A DNA stretch of 64,000 bases, from contig WQSW01000003.1 in NCBI GenBank assembly GCA_009787695.1, positions 6,703-70,702 on the forward strand, given 5' to 3'. A program made the translations under genes and the position numbers. The DNA is from Treponema sp. GTDB lineage: Bacteria > Spirochaetota > Spirochaetia > Treponematales > Breznakiellaceae. Under the pieces are notes generated by a model that saw only the letters and a list, made by a program, of their open reading frames with translations, was not told the DNA's origin and ran no database searches. Shown here piece after piece: positions 29,098-38,332 of this stretch. How positions within the stretch are numbered: the first letter of the stretch is position 1; the number at the start of each line of letters is the position of its first letter.

Positions 29098-32000
29098 TTA
29101 TACTCCTTTTCTTTGTGATTCCTCTTCAAGAAACGGCTTATATTCGTTTAATACAGCGCTTAGTTCCGCTTCAAGGATTTTTAGCTGTTCTTCGGAAACT
29201 TGATTTATTCCGTCTTTTAAACGGCTTTCAATATTTGCAGCGGCCTGCTGCAGAAGAGTTTTTCCGATTTGAGCGGCGTTGCTTTTTAATGAGTGAGCAA
29301 GTCTGTGCGCTTCTTTGAAATTTCCTGCTTCCAATTCTTTGGTTATTTCTTCAAATTTATTTAAGTTGTCGTTTAAAAATAATAAAATAATTTTTTTACT
29401 GAAATCTCTGCTTGCTTCAACTTGCGCGCTCTTTTGCGCATTCCCTGTATCAATCGGTGTGAAATATTTTAATAACAAATGCCACAATTCCTGAGATGTA
29501 AATGGTTTTCCTATGCAATCTTTCATTCCGCTTTGTAAATATGTTTCCATGTCGGTCGACATAATGTTAGCCGTCATTGCAATTATCGGTACACCTGTGT
29601 TAAGTTTTAAAATTTTTGATGATGCTTCAAGTCCGTCCATGACAGGCATATGTATGTCCATAAAAATTAAACCAAATTGTTTTTCTCCTTTTTCCATGCG
29701 GCTTTGCACCATATCAAAACCTATTTTACCGTTTTCTGCAATAACCGTTTTTATTCCTACTCTTGCAAGGTGTTCGGAAATTACTTCTTGATTCATTAAA
29801 TTATCTTCGCATAACAGGATTTCGCCTTTGAATATCGGTTTTTCAATCTCTGTATGGTCTCTTATAATACTTTGGTTGATGTCATCTATATCATCAATCG
29901 TATCAAATGTTATATCAAAACTGAATTTAGTGCCGACACCCGGAGCGCTTTCAATTTCAATTTTTCCGCCCATTAACTCTACTATATTTTTTGTTATCGA
30001 AAGCCCAAGCCCTGTTCCGCCGTACTTGCGGGTGGTTCCGGATTCTGCCTGCACGAAAGGATCAAATATTTTTTCTATTTGTTCAGGTGACATACCTATC
30101 CCTGAATCTTTTATTTCAAAATGCATTGTAATTGTATCATTTGAAGAACCGATAATTTTAGAAAAAAGTTTTACAATACCGGAATTTGTAAACTTTACCG
30201 AGTTAGATAAAAAGTTTACAAAGATTTGGCGTAACCTTGTCGGATCACCTAACGGTACTTTTCCTAAACTTGGTTCCGCGTAAAAATGAAGTGTAATTCC
30301 TTTTTCAACCGCTTTTGGAAGAACTAATGTCCTGCAGCTTGCAAAAAGGTCATGCATATTAAAAGGAATTTTTTCCAGTTCCATTTTTCCCGATTCAATT
30401 TTAGAAAGATCAAGAATATTATTAATTATCTGAAGCAGCCATTCAGAATTAGTTTTTATTTTGCCAAGATAATCTTTTATTTTAGGATTCCCTGCAATAT
30501 CCATTGCCAGTTCTGAAAAGCCCATGATGCTGTTCATTGGTGTTCTTATTTCATGGCTCATGTTTGCAAGAAAAGCGGATTTGGTTACAGAAGCTGTAAG
30601 AGCTTTTTCTTCCATCTCTTTGCGTTTTGTTATGTCGCGTGCAATACCTAATAAACCTATTGTTTTATTATCCAGCATAAGCGGAGATTTTATCGTTTCA
30701 AAATACGGAGTTGTTCCGTCAGCGCTTGGTACACATTCTTCAAATATAAATTCTTTGCTTTCATCAATAACTTTGCGATTCCATTTTTTGTGTTCTTCTT
30801 CCATTTCCGGCGAAAATCCCATGCTTTCTTCGCCCTTGCCGATTACATCTTCTTTTTTTAAACCAAAATGACTAAGGAATCTTTTGTTGCATTTTGTATA
30901 ACGTAAATCAGTATCAAGTGTAAAAATAACATCGGGGATTGAATCGAAAAGCGCGTTAAGCGTAGATGTTTGTATCTCAAGATTGCGTTCCATTAATTTT
31001 CGTTTAGTCATATTACGAGATATTCCCATAATTCCGATTACTTTACCGTTTTGTACAAGCGGGGTTTTAATTGTTTCAAGGTATATATCGCGATCCGGCA
31101 GATTCATTGTTTCTTCGATAACAAGAGGATCTCTTGTATACATAACACTTTTATCATCTATGATATAATCTTCGGCGGATTCAGGCGGTAAATCAAAAAC
31201 CTCTGCATCGGTTTTGCCGATTAAATCTTTTGAATTGATATTAAACATATCAAGCGTACTGTTGCTGCATTGCGTATAACGTAATTTTGTATCTTTGCAA
31301 AAAATAAAATCGGGGGATGCTTCAAGTATCGTCATAAGCATCGAAGTTTTCATATCAAGATCATTACTTTTTACTTCTACAATTTTTTCAAGTTTCTTGC
31401 CTGTTACGCGGCTTTTTGTAAAGAGTATTGTAAGAAGTGTAAGTACGCATAAAAATAAAACAGAAGCGCCGATATACAAGGGACGGCGCGCTTCTGCAAG
31501 TTTTGCCCTGTAATCATATGTTTGGCGCATCCATTTATCTGAAATACCTTTTATGTCAATCAATGCCAGCGTTTTATTAAAAATTGAACAGAGAATTTCC
31601 TGATCCTTATTAAAACCGAATTTAGAATCGGCAACAAAGTTAAACACAATATTAGTTTTAAAATTCGGTTGTTCAAGATAGTGAGTCAGATAAAGAAGCC
31701 TTTTTTGCGTTCCCATGACCATGTCAATCTCGCCGCGCTGCAAGCCCAGATAAGCTTCTTTTATATTGTCGTATTCAACGGTATTCATGTGATTTGGAAA
31801 CCATCTTTTAAAAACAGCGGTATAAGCTGTATCTTTAGCAAGACCTACTTTTACATATAAAACTTCGTTTACTTTTATATCAGGAAAATCAGAATTGGAA
31901 ATAAGCGCATAGTTATCTGTTATTTGTGTTATATCGGGCCAAATAAATTGATCTGCCCGATCTTCAGATTGAATTAAATTAGGAACTAAAAACACCTCTC

Positions 32001-33069
32001 CGTCAGAGAGCATTTGGTATACTTCAGACCAATCTGATGTTTCATTATTTATCCGTTTGAAATTTAATCCTGTAATTGATGCTGCCTCATCAAGAATATC
32101 AAGGAAAATTCCGCGCCATTCATTCTCGCGTTTGTCATAAAAACTTTCAGGATAATTTCCCGGATCAATTCCTATAGGTATAATATGATTGTTATTTATA
32201 TAATCCTGTTCTTCTTGTGTTAGCTGTGTATGAAGTTTAAAAACAAGATATTCATGTTCCCCCTTGTTGTACATTTCTGTCAGATAACGCAAGCCGCCGT
32301 TTTCCAGAATTTTTTCCATAACTGAAATTATCGGTTCTAACGAATCATTTTGTGTTGTTAATGATACAGGGCGGTAAATTAAAGGATAGAACTCATGTGC
32401 GATTATATCATTGTTTCTGATAAAGTTTATTTCTATTGTACTGCTGTAATAAAATACATCGATCTCTCCGCTTTTTAATGCATCATAAACAAGGTTGACA
32501 TCGTTTAAAATTACAACTTCATAAGAGTCAGGAACAAGTTCTGCGGTTACTGTATTAACTGTTGTTGTGCCTTCTATAAAACCGCATTTAAGACGGCGCG
32601 TTTTGATGATTTCTTCTAGGGGGCGGCTGTTTGCAATTCGGAAATATTTTAAAGGACGTGATGCGATATCGGTTGTCATGCGGTATCTTCGCAGCCGATC
32701 TTCGTTTGCCGTTAATTCACCTGTAAACGCAATTTCTCCGCTTTCAAGCCCGTGAAGCAACGGCAGCCATTCGTATAATTTTGGGCGGAAAGGGATGCCG
32801 AAAAGTTCAGACATCCATTCGCAGAATAAAGCTGAAAATCCTCTTACTTCACCGTGTTTATCTTCAAATGCTTCGATACTAAGGGGCATTCCGTAAATAA
32901 AATTTGAATGTTTTAGCTGAAGCAGTTCGATTTTCTCTATTTCATCTTTCGTTATGCCGGGAACATCTTTGAAAGAATGAAATTTCGGCATTTCTTTTGA
33001 TAAATAATATGATGATTGGACGCAAGATAGTAACGGAAATATCAAGATGATAAGTAATATTTTTCGCAT
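29098..33069 (-). CDS. hybrid sensor histidine kinase with two periplasmic solute-binding (SBP_bac_3-like) domains, two PAS domains, receiver and HPt
   Basis: 1323 aa. Signal/lipobox-like N-terminus (LLSC), ~500-aa duplicated SBP-like ectodomain, TM, two PAS domains. H-box SHEIRTPMNSIMGFSEL, N-box FLSNSVKFT, G-boxes DSGIGM/GTGLGLSI. Receiver ILLCEDN..FMDIHMPVMDG..AMTANI. HPt AHSLKSNAAQIG. Confidence 0.9.
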   Translation of the reverse strand: MRKILLIILIFPLLSCVQSSYYLSKEMPKFHSFKDVPGITKDEIEKIELLQLKHSNFIYGMPLSIEAFEDKHGEVRGFSALFCEWMSELFGIPFRPKLYEWLPLLHGLESGEIAFTGELTANEDRLRRYRMTTDIASRPLKYFRIANSRPLEEIIKTRRLKCGFIEGTTTVNTVTAELVPDSYEVVILNDVNLVYDALKSGEIDVFYYSSTIEINFIRNNDIIAHEFYPLIYRPVSLTTQNDSLEPIISVMEKILENGGLRYLTEMYNKGEHEYLVFKLHTQLTQEEQDYINNNHIIPIGIDPGNYPESFYDKRENEWRGIFLDILDEAASITGLNFKRINNETSDWSEVYQMLSDGEVFLVPNLIQSEDRADQFIWPDITQITDNYALISNSDFPDIKVNEVLYVKVGLAKDTAYTAVFKRWFPNHMNTVEYDNIKEAYLGLQRGEIDMVMGTQKRLLYLTHYLEQPNFKTNIVFNFVADSKFGFNKDQEILCSIFNKTLALIDIKGISDKWMRQTYDYRAKLAEARRPLYIGASVLFLCVLTLLTILFTKSRVTGKKLEKIVEVKSNDLDMKTSMLMTILEASPDFIFCKDTKLRYTQCSNSTLDMFNINSKDLIGKTDAEVFDLPPESAEDYIIDDKSVMYTRDPLVIEETMNLPDRDIYLETIKTPLVQNGKVIGIMGISRNMTKRKLMERNLEIQTSTLNALFDSIPDVIFTLDTDLRYTKCNKRFLSHFGLKKEDVIGKGEESMGFSPEMEEEHKKWNRKVIDESKEFIFEECVPSADGTTPYFETIKSPLMLDNKTIGLLGIARDITKRKEMEEKALTASVTKSAFLANMSHEIRTPMNSIMGFSELAMDIAGNPKIKDYLGKIKTNSEWLLQIINNILDLSKIESGKMELEKIPFNMHDLFASCRTLVLPKAVEKGITLHFYAEPSLGKVPLGDPTRLRQIFVNFLSNSVKFTNSGIVKLFSKIIGSSNDTITMHFEIKDSGIGMSPEQIEKIFDPFVQAESGTTRKYGGTGLGLSITKNIVELMGGKIEIESAPGVGTKFSFDITFDTIDDIDDINQSIIRDHTEIEKPIFKGEILLCEDNLMNQEVISEHLARVGIKTVIAENGKIGFDMVQSRMEKGEKQFGLIFMDIHMPVMDGLEASSKILKLNTGVPIIAMTANIMSTDMETYLQSGMKDCIGKPFTSQELWHLLLKYFTPIDTGNAQKSAQVEASRDFSKKIILLFLNDNLNKFEEITKELEAGNFKEAHRLAHSLKSNAAQIGKTLLQQAAANIESRLKDGINQVSEEQLKILEAELSAVLNEYKPFLEEESQRKGV

Positions 33070-33278
33070 ATCAGACGGCTCCTGTTTTTTTATAATCCAT
33101 ACTATTATTTTACTTTAGTTTTATTAATATTCATAGAAAAAAATAATTTAAAATTAATATTTTTCTTTTAAAAAGTCGGATAATTAGATTGATAAAAAAA
33201 TGTTCATGATATTTCCCGAAAATTTTGCAATAAACAGCGATTTAGAGCCTTATAACGCCTGTATTTTTGCTGTTTTAA

Positions 33279-34421
33279 TTATCCTAATAATTTATGCGCT
33301 TCTTTCATATTTTCAATAACAAGAACATCAAAGGGGCATCGGTTTTCACAATTTCCGCATTGTGTACATTCAAAGCCGTTATACGCCAGACTTTGGTAAT
33401 GGGAACGGACAGACGGCGGAATATTAGCAGTATCCAGTTTTGCTATATCCAGATATTTATTAACAGATGCAATATCAATTTGTGACGGGCAAGGCTGGCA
33501 GTGATTACAATAAACACAGCTTCCGTGCAAGCCTCCGCGTATTGATTTTAAAATATCGGTATAGTCTTTTTCTTCATCGCTTAGCGTCAGATATTTTACA
33601 GCTTCCTCAATTTCTTCCGGCGATTTGCAGCCGAGCAAGACACTTACAACAGCAGGTCTTGAAAGCGCATAATGGGTGCATTGCGCGACAGTTAACGGTT
33701 TGCAGAACGGAGTATGCTCGCTAGAAATTAATTTTCCGGCTCCAAGTGTTTTCATTACTGTTATGCCGATATTTTTTTGTTCGCATAATCTGTATAACTC
33801 AGCTCTTTTAGGTTCTACTGCCGTAAAACTATTTGCATTAAACCCTTTTTCTAAATGTGTAAAAATACTTTCTTCAGTTGGAATTATGTCAAACGCAGGA
33901 TTGATACTGAACATCATTAGTTCTACAAGATTTGTGTTAACAGTTTTTATTGCAGACACAGGGTTATGCGAACTAAATCCGATGTGGCTGATGTCGCCTT
34001 TTTCTTTTAATTTAAGCGCATAATCTGCAATGCCGGTTTCAAAAACATTTTTATAGTCTTCATCTGAATCGATAAAAAACAACATTCCGAAATCAATATG
34101 CCCTCCGCAGATGCGAAGATGCTCTTCAAAAAAACGCTTGACTGTAGGCAGGTCGCGGCTTATATCATATTGCTGTCCGATATTTGCCGAACAGATATGT
34201 CCTTGTATTAAAATTTCTTTGCGGCGCGAACCTATCGCCTTTGCTATATTTTCACGAACTTCTTTTCCCGGCATGAAAACATCAAAAATATTGATGCCTG
34301 AACTAATCGCAGAATCAATTACATTTTTAACCTGCTCATAAGGTTTTCCGTCTAAATGTTCGCAGCCGAGTCCGATAACACTTGCTCTTTTAGCGGTTTT
34401 TCCAATCTCACGGTATATCAT
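33279..34421 (-). CDS. aldo/keto reductase fused to a C-terminal 2x[4Fe-4S] ferredoxin-like domain
   Basis: I chose the start at 34421 (MIYREIGKTAKRASVIGLG, a typical AKR N-terminus). An extended -10 (TGTTATAAT) lies between the ORF-track ATG at 34457 and this ATG. The C-terminus has CVYCNHCQPCP and CTQCGNCENRCP cluster motifs. Confidence 0.8.
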   Translation of the reverse strand: MIYREIGKTAKRASVIGLGCEHLDGKPYEQVKNVIDSAISSGINIFDVFMPGKEVRENIAKAIGSRRKEILIQGHICSANIGQQYDISRDLPTVKRFFEEHLRICGGHIDFGMLFFIDSDEDYKNVFETGIADYALKLKEKGDISHIGFSSHNPVSAIKTVNTNLVELMMFSINPAFDIIPTEESIFTHLEKGFNANSFTAVEPKRAELYRLCEQKNIGITVMKTLGAGKLISSEHTPFCKPLTVAQCTHYALSRPAVVSVLLGCKSPEEIEEAVKYLTLSDEEKDYTDILKSIRGGLHGSCVYCNHCQPCPSQIDIASVNKYLDIAKLDTANIPPSVRSHYQSLAYNGFECTQCGNCENRCPFDVLVIENMKEAHKLLG

Positions 34422-34505
34422 TTTAGTTATCAGAATTATAACATATAATGTTTTCATTGACTATTTACTTTCCATATGATAGACTTAAGACAAAGAGGTT
34501 CAATC

Positions 34506-35147
34506 ATGGAAAACAATGTTTATGCTATTTCTTTGGCTAAAAACCCTAAAATAACTATAAATATTACTTCGGGACATTTTTCTACAAGTAATGCGCATAG
34601 TGATAATTATCTTGATTTTTGCGAGTTAAAATGTAATGCATTGGTTGCAAGAGATGTTGCCAGAGAGCTTGCAATTCCTTATTTATCAAGCACTGTTGTA
34701 GATACTATTATATGTATAGAAAAGACTGCCGTTATCGCTTCTTATCTTGCAGAAGAACTTTTGCAGGAAGGAGCGTCAGTAATAAATACGGGCGGCAATA
34801 TTCATGTTGTTTCCCCTATGAGTAATGCATATGGAAATTGGTTTTTTCCCAGTAATAGGGCGGAATGGATTAACGGAAAAAATGTTCTTCTGCTTGTGGC
34901 AACAGTATCAAGCGGACGGACACTGAACAGCATGCTGGAATGTATAGCTTATTACGGAGGAAAACTTGCAGGGATTTCAGCATTATATCAGGCATCACCG
35001 GATACTGTGCATCAAATTAATGCATTGTTTACATCAGAAGATATTCCCGGTTATCATCTTTACCGTCCCGGCGAATGTGAATTGTGCAAAAACGGAGAGA
35101 AGCTCGATGCAATTATAAGCAGCGAAGGTTATTCAAAAATCGAATAA
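34506..35147 (+). CDS. phosphoribosyltransferase (type I PRTase)-like protein
   Basis: The start at 34506 (MENNVYAIS) follows AAGAGG. PRPP-loop-like VLLLVATVSSGRTL. C-terminal CELCKNG. About 213 aa, with no clear orthology to Pyr/Pur PRTases by eye. Confidence 0.55.
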   Translation: MENNVYAISLAKNPKITINITSGHFSTSNAHSDNYLDFCELKCNALVARDVARELAIPYLSSTVVDTIICIEKTAVIASYLAEELLQEGASVINTGGNIHVVSPMSNAYGNWFFPSNRAEWINGKNVLLLVATVSSGRTLNSMLECIAYYGGKLAGISALYQASPDTVHQINALFTSEDIPGYHLYRPGECELCKNGEKLDAIISSEGYSKIE

Positions 35148-35180
35148 TAGATTAATTAATAAGTAAGGAGAACGATATTT

Positions 35181-36371
35181 ATGTCATTAGGTGAAAGTAT
35201 TATAGCAAGTTTGGGTATTCTGAATTTGACAATGGGGCAAGGAATAATGATTATGCTTGCCATGTTTTTTTTATACCTTTCAATAGTTAAGAAATTTGAA
35301 CCGCTTTTGCTGCTGCCCTTGGCTTTTGGAATTTTATTGGCAAACCTTCCTATCGTCGGTCTTGATGCATATTATTTCAATCCGAATAAATTTAAAGAAC
35401 TGCAAGGCGATCAGCTTCCGGGATTAATGAACTTCCTTTACACAGGTATCCGTATGGTAATTTATCCGCCGCTTATTTTCCTTTGCATCGGAACAATGAC
35501 AGATTTCAGTCCCTTGATCGCTTCTCCGAGGAGTGCGCTTATCGGTCTTGGCGGACAGCTTGGTATTTTCGTTGCAATGGCAGTTTCTTTTTATGTAGGA
35601 AACGCACTTGCTCCTTTTTTTCCGGGCTTCGAAGGTTTCACTGTTAAAGAAGCAGCCGCTATCGGAATTATCGGAAGCTCAGACGGTCCTACATCAATTT
35701 TTACGGCAACTCGTCTTGCACCCGATCTATTGCCTGCAATTGCAATTGCGGCGTTCTCTTACATGGCGCTTGTTCCCTTTATTCAGCCGCCTATCATGAA
35801 ACTTTTAACAACCCCTAAAGAGCGTGTTATTGTAATGCCCGAACCGAAAAGAGTTACGCAAAAACAAAAAATACTTTTCCCGATTGTATTGGCTCTTGTT
35901 GTTCTTCTTTTAGTTCCTGCCGCCGGTGCGTTAGTCGCAATGTTATGTCTTGGAAATTTAATCCGTGAAAGCGGTGTAGCGGATCGTTATGTCAGAGCAT
36001 TCCAGAATGATTTTTTAAGTATATTAACATTCCTTGTTGCGTTAAGCATTGGGTCTTCTGCAACAGCGGACAGGTTCCTGACACCTCAGACATTGATAAT
36101 TTTAACCAGCGGTCTTTTGGCTTTCGCCTTTGGAACAGTAGGCGGCGTTCTTGTCGCAAAACTGCTTTGCGCTACTACGGGAGGCAAAGTTAATCCGCTT
36201 ATCGGTAACTCCGGCGTTTCCGCAATGCCTATGGCGGCGCGTATTTCTCAAAGGTTAGGGCAATTTTATAACCCGAACAACCACCTTCTTATGCATGCAA
36301 TGGGTCCGATTGTTTCAAGTACAATCGGCTCTGCGGTTATCGCGGGTATTTTCATTTCGTATTTTAAGTAG
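35181..36371 (+). CDS. sodium ion-translocating decarboxylase beta subunit (OadB/GcdB/MmdB family)
   Basis: 396 aa and polytopic. Conserved IGIIGSSDGPTSIF and NSGVSAMPMAARI segments are characteristic of the OadB family. AAGGAG RBS. Starts 33 bp after the PRTase-like gene. Confidence 0.85.
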   Translation: MSLGESIIASLGILNLTMGQGIMIMLAMFFLYLSIVKKFEPLLLLPLAFGILLANLPIVGLDAYYFNPNKFKELQGDQLPGLMNFLYTGIRMVIYPPLIFLCIGTMTDFSPLIASPRSALIGLGGQLGIFVAMAVSFYVGNALAPFFPGFEGFTVKEAAAIGIIGSSDGPTSIFTATRLAPDLLPAIAIAAFSYMALVPFIQPPIMKLLTTPKERVIVMPEPKRVTQKQKILFPIVLALVVLLLVPAAGALVAMLCLGNLIRESGVADRYVRAFQNDFLSILTFLVALSIGSSATADRFLTPQTLIILTSGLLAFAFGTVGGVLVAKLLCATTGGKVNPLIGNSGVSAMPMAARISQRLGQFYNPNNHLLMHAMGPIVSSTIGSAVIAGIFISYFK

Positions 36372-36391
36372 TAAAAGGTTTACTCTGTTTG

Positions 36392-36415
36392 TGCCTGACT
36401 GTAAAAAGTCAGGCA
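36392..36415 (+). terminator. hairpin downstream of the OadB-like gene (possible terminator, no U-tract)
   Basis: Perfect 9-bp stem TGCCTGACT/AGTCAGGCA with a 6-nt loop, 20 nt after the stop. It is followed by TACCAG rather than a T-run. Confidence 0.35.
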
Positions 36416-36421
36416 TACCAG

Positions 36422-36450
36422 TTGACCTCTCTTAGTTCTATCTCTATTCT
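36422..36450 (+). promoter_or_regulatory. predicted promoter of the rhomboid-ddl operon (leaderless-type geometry)
   Basis: TTGACC (36422-36427), a 17-nt spacer, TATTCT (36445-36450). The ATG at 36457 is 6 nt after the -10, and no SD is present. Confidence 0.45.
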
Positions 36451-36456
36451 ATTGAT

Positions 36457-37137
36457 ATGAATAATTTAATCAGAAAGCCGTTTAAATATCAGCAATTTAA
36501 TGTTGTGTATTGGCTAATAGGAATCAATTTACTCGTATTTCTTTTTACATCAATTTTTGGATCGAGTTTTAATATTATTCTTGAAATTAATAATGAAAAA
36601 GTGTCGGTGCCGATTTCACGGGCATTGGCTATGATCCCTCTTACTGTCAGGCATGGATGGATTTGGAGTTTTGTAACTTATATGTTTATGCACGGCGGTT
36701 TTGCGCATATCTTTTTTAATATGTTTGGTCTTTTTATGTTCGGCGTGCATGTAGAAAGGCAGATGGGCAGTTTGGAATTTTTACTTTATTATATGATGAC
36801 GGGAATACTTGCCGGTATTTTTTCTTTCTTTGTATTTTTTCTGACAGGTAATTTTTTTGTAGCTCTTGTCGGCGCTTCCGGGGCGATTTTTGCTGTGCAA
36901 TTAGCGTATGCCGTTCTTTTCCCGACAACGGTTATTAATATTTGGGGTTTAATCCCGATACGCGCTCCTTTAATGGTTCTTGGCTTTACTGTATTGTCGC
37001 TGTTTTTTGTTGTTACAGGAGGCGGCGGAAATGTCGCGCACTTAACACACTTGGCAGGTTTCGGTTTCGGCTGGATCTATTTTTTAATTCGCTTTGGTGT
37101 TGATCCCTGGCGCCGTCTGACAGGACGTAATCCGTGA
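36457..37137 (+). CDS. rhomboid family intramembrane serine protease
   Basis: 226 aa with 6-7 TM segments. Catalytic GASGAIF (Ser) and the HLAGFGFG (His) motif. HxxxN-like FMHGGFAHIFFNM. Confidence 0.9.
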   Translation: MNNLIRKPFKYQQFNVVYWLIGINLLVFLFTSIFGSSFNIILEINNEKVSVPISRALAMIPLTVRHGWIWSFVTYMFMHGGFAHIFFNMFGLFMFGVHVERQMGSLEFLLYYMMTGILAGIFSFFVFFLTGNFFVALVGASGAIFAVQLAYAVLFPTTVINIWGLIPIRAPLMVLGFTVLSLFFVVTGGGGNVAHLTHLAGFGFGWIYFLIRFGVDPWRRLTGRNP

Positions 37138-38228
37138 AAAAGATCGGTATACTTTTCGGCGGTAAATCTGCCGAGCATGAAATTTCTCTGTTATCTGCAA
37201 AAAATATTTTCGATGCGATTGACAGATCAAAATTTGAACCTGTACTTATCGGGATAGATAAATCCGGACGCTGGATTTTAAACGACGCGCAATTTTTATT
37301 AAATGCTGATAATCCCGCTCTTGTTAAATTAAATCCCGACGGAAAACCTGTCGCTCTTCGTCCATATAACGGATCAAACACGCTCTTTGCAGAACGTGAA
37401 AATAAAGAAACAGTAAACGTCCGGCTTGATGCAGTCTTTCCGATTTTGCACGGTCCCTTCGGCGAAGACGGCACGATTCAAGGGTTTTTAAAATTAGCAG
37501 AAGTTCCCTTTGTAGGACCGGGCGTGCTTGGTTCTGCTGTCGGCATGGATAAAGATGTAATGAAGCGCCTTATGCGTGACGCGCAAATTCCAATAGGAAA
37601 GTTTCTCGTATTAAAGAGTCATGAGAATGCGCTTTCTTTTTCTGAAATCGCATCCGCTTTAGGCTCTCCCTTTTTTATTAAACCTGCGAACATGGGCTCT
37701 TCTGTGGGAATCAGCAAGGTTAATAATGAGGCGGAACTAAACGCCGCACTAAAAGACGCTTTTCTTTACGACACTAAAATTATTATAGAAGAAAATATCT
37801 GCGGCAGAGAAATTGAGTGCGCTGTGCTTGGAAATGAAGAGCCTGTTGCATCCGTACCCGGAGAGGTTATAACTAACCATGAATTTTATTCGTATGACGC
37901 GAAATATCTTGACGAGAAGGGCGCGTCTTTAGAGATACCTGCAAAACTAAATGAACAGACAAAAATCCGCGTTCAGGAACTTGCGGTGAAAGTTTTTAAA
38001 ACACTCTGCTGCGAAGGGCTTTCGCGTGTGGATTTCTTTTTAAAAGAGAACGGTGAATTAATTGTAAACGAAATTAATACCATGCCAGGATTTACAAGAA
38101 TCAGCATGTATCCTAAGATGTGGGAAGCAAGCGGTATTTCTTACACCGACCTTATAACACGTTTGATTGAATTGGCGATCAACCGGTTTGAAAAAGAAAA
38201 AATTCTAAAAACCAGTGTAAGCATTTAA
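37134..38228 (+). CDS. ddl: D-alanine--D-alanine ligase
   Basis: 364 aa. GTG start overlapping the rhomboid stop (GTGA). Motifs GGKSAEHEISL, FPILHGPFGEDGTIQG, FIKPANMGSSVG, and the ATP-grasp C-terminus EINTMPGFT. Confidence 0.95.
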   Translation: MKKIGILFGGKSAEHEISLLSAKNIFDAIDRSKFEPVLIGIDKSGRWILNDAQFLLNADNPALVKLNPDGKPVALRPYNGSNTLFAERENKETVNVRLDAVFPILHGPFGEDGTIQGFLKLAEVPFVGPGVLGSAVGMDKDVMKRLMRDAQIPIGKFLVLKSHENALSFSEIASALGSPFFIKPANMGSSVGISKVNNEAELNAALKDAFLYDTKIIIEENICGREIECAVLGNEEPVASVPGEVITNHEFYSYDAKYLDEKGASLEIPAKLNEQTKIRVQELAVKVFKTLCCEGLSRVDFFLKENGELIVNEINTMPGFTRISMYPKMWEASGISYTDLITRLIELAINRFEKEKILKTSVSI

Positions 38229-38332
38229 AAATAATTCTTAAAAAAAAATAAAATGGTCAAAAATGTTCATTTTTTATTTCCTTAAGTGTTATTAATTAGA
38301 AAACTAAAATTATTTTTATTTACGGAGACAAA

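Noticed and set aside
36392-36415. Strong hairpin after the OadB-like gene considered as a canonical intrinsic terminator
   Set aside because: I kept it only as a low-confidence terminator because no U-tract follows the stem. It may be an RNA-stability element instead.
37013-37474. 153-aa minus-strand ORF spanning the rhomboid/ddl junction
   Set aside because: It is antisense to two confidently identified, translationally coupled genes. It is a shadow ORF.
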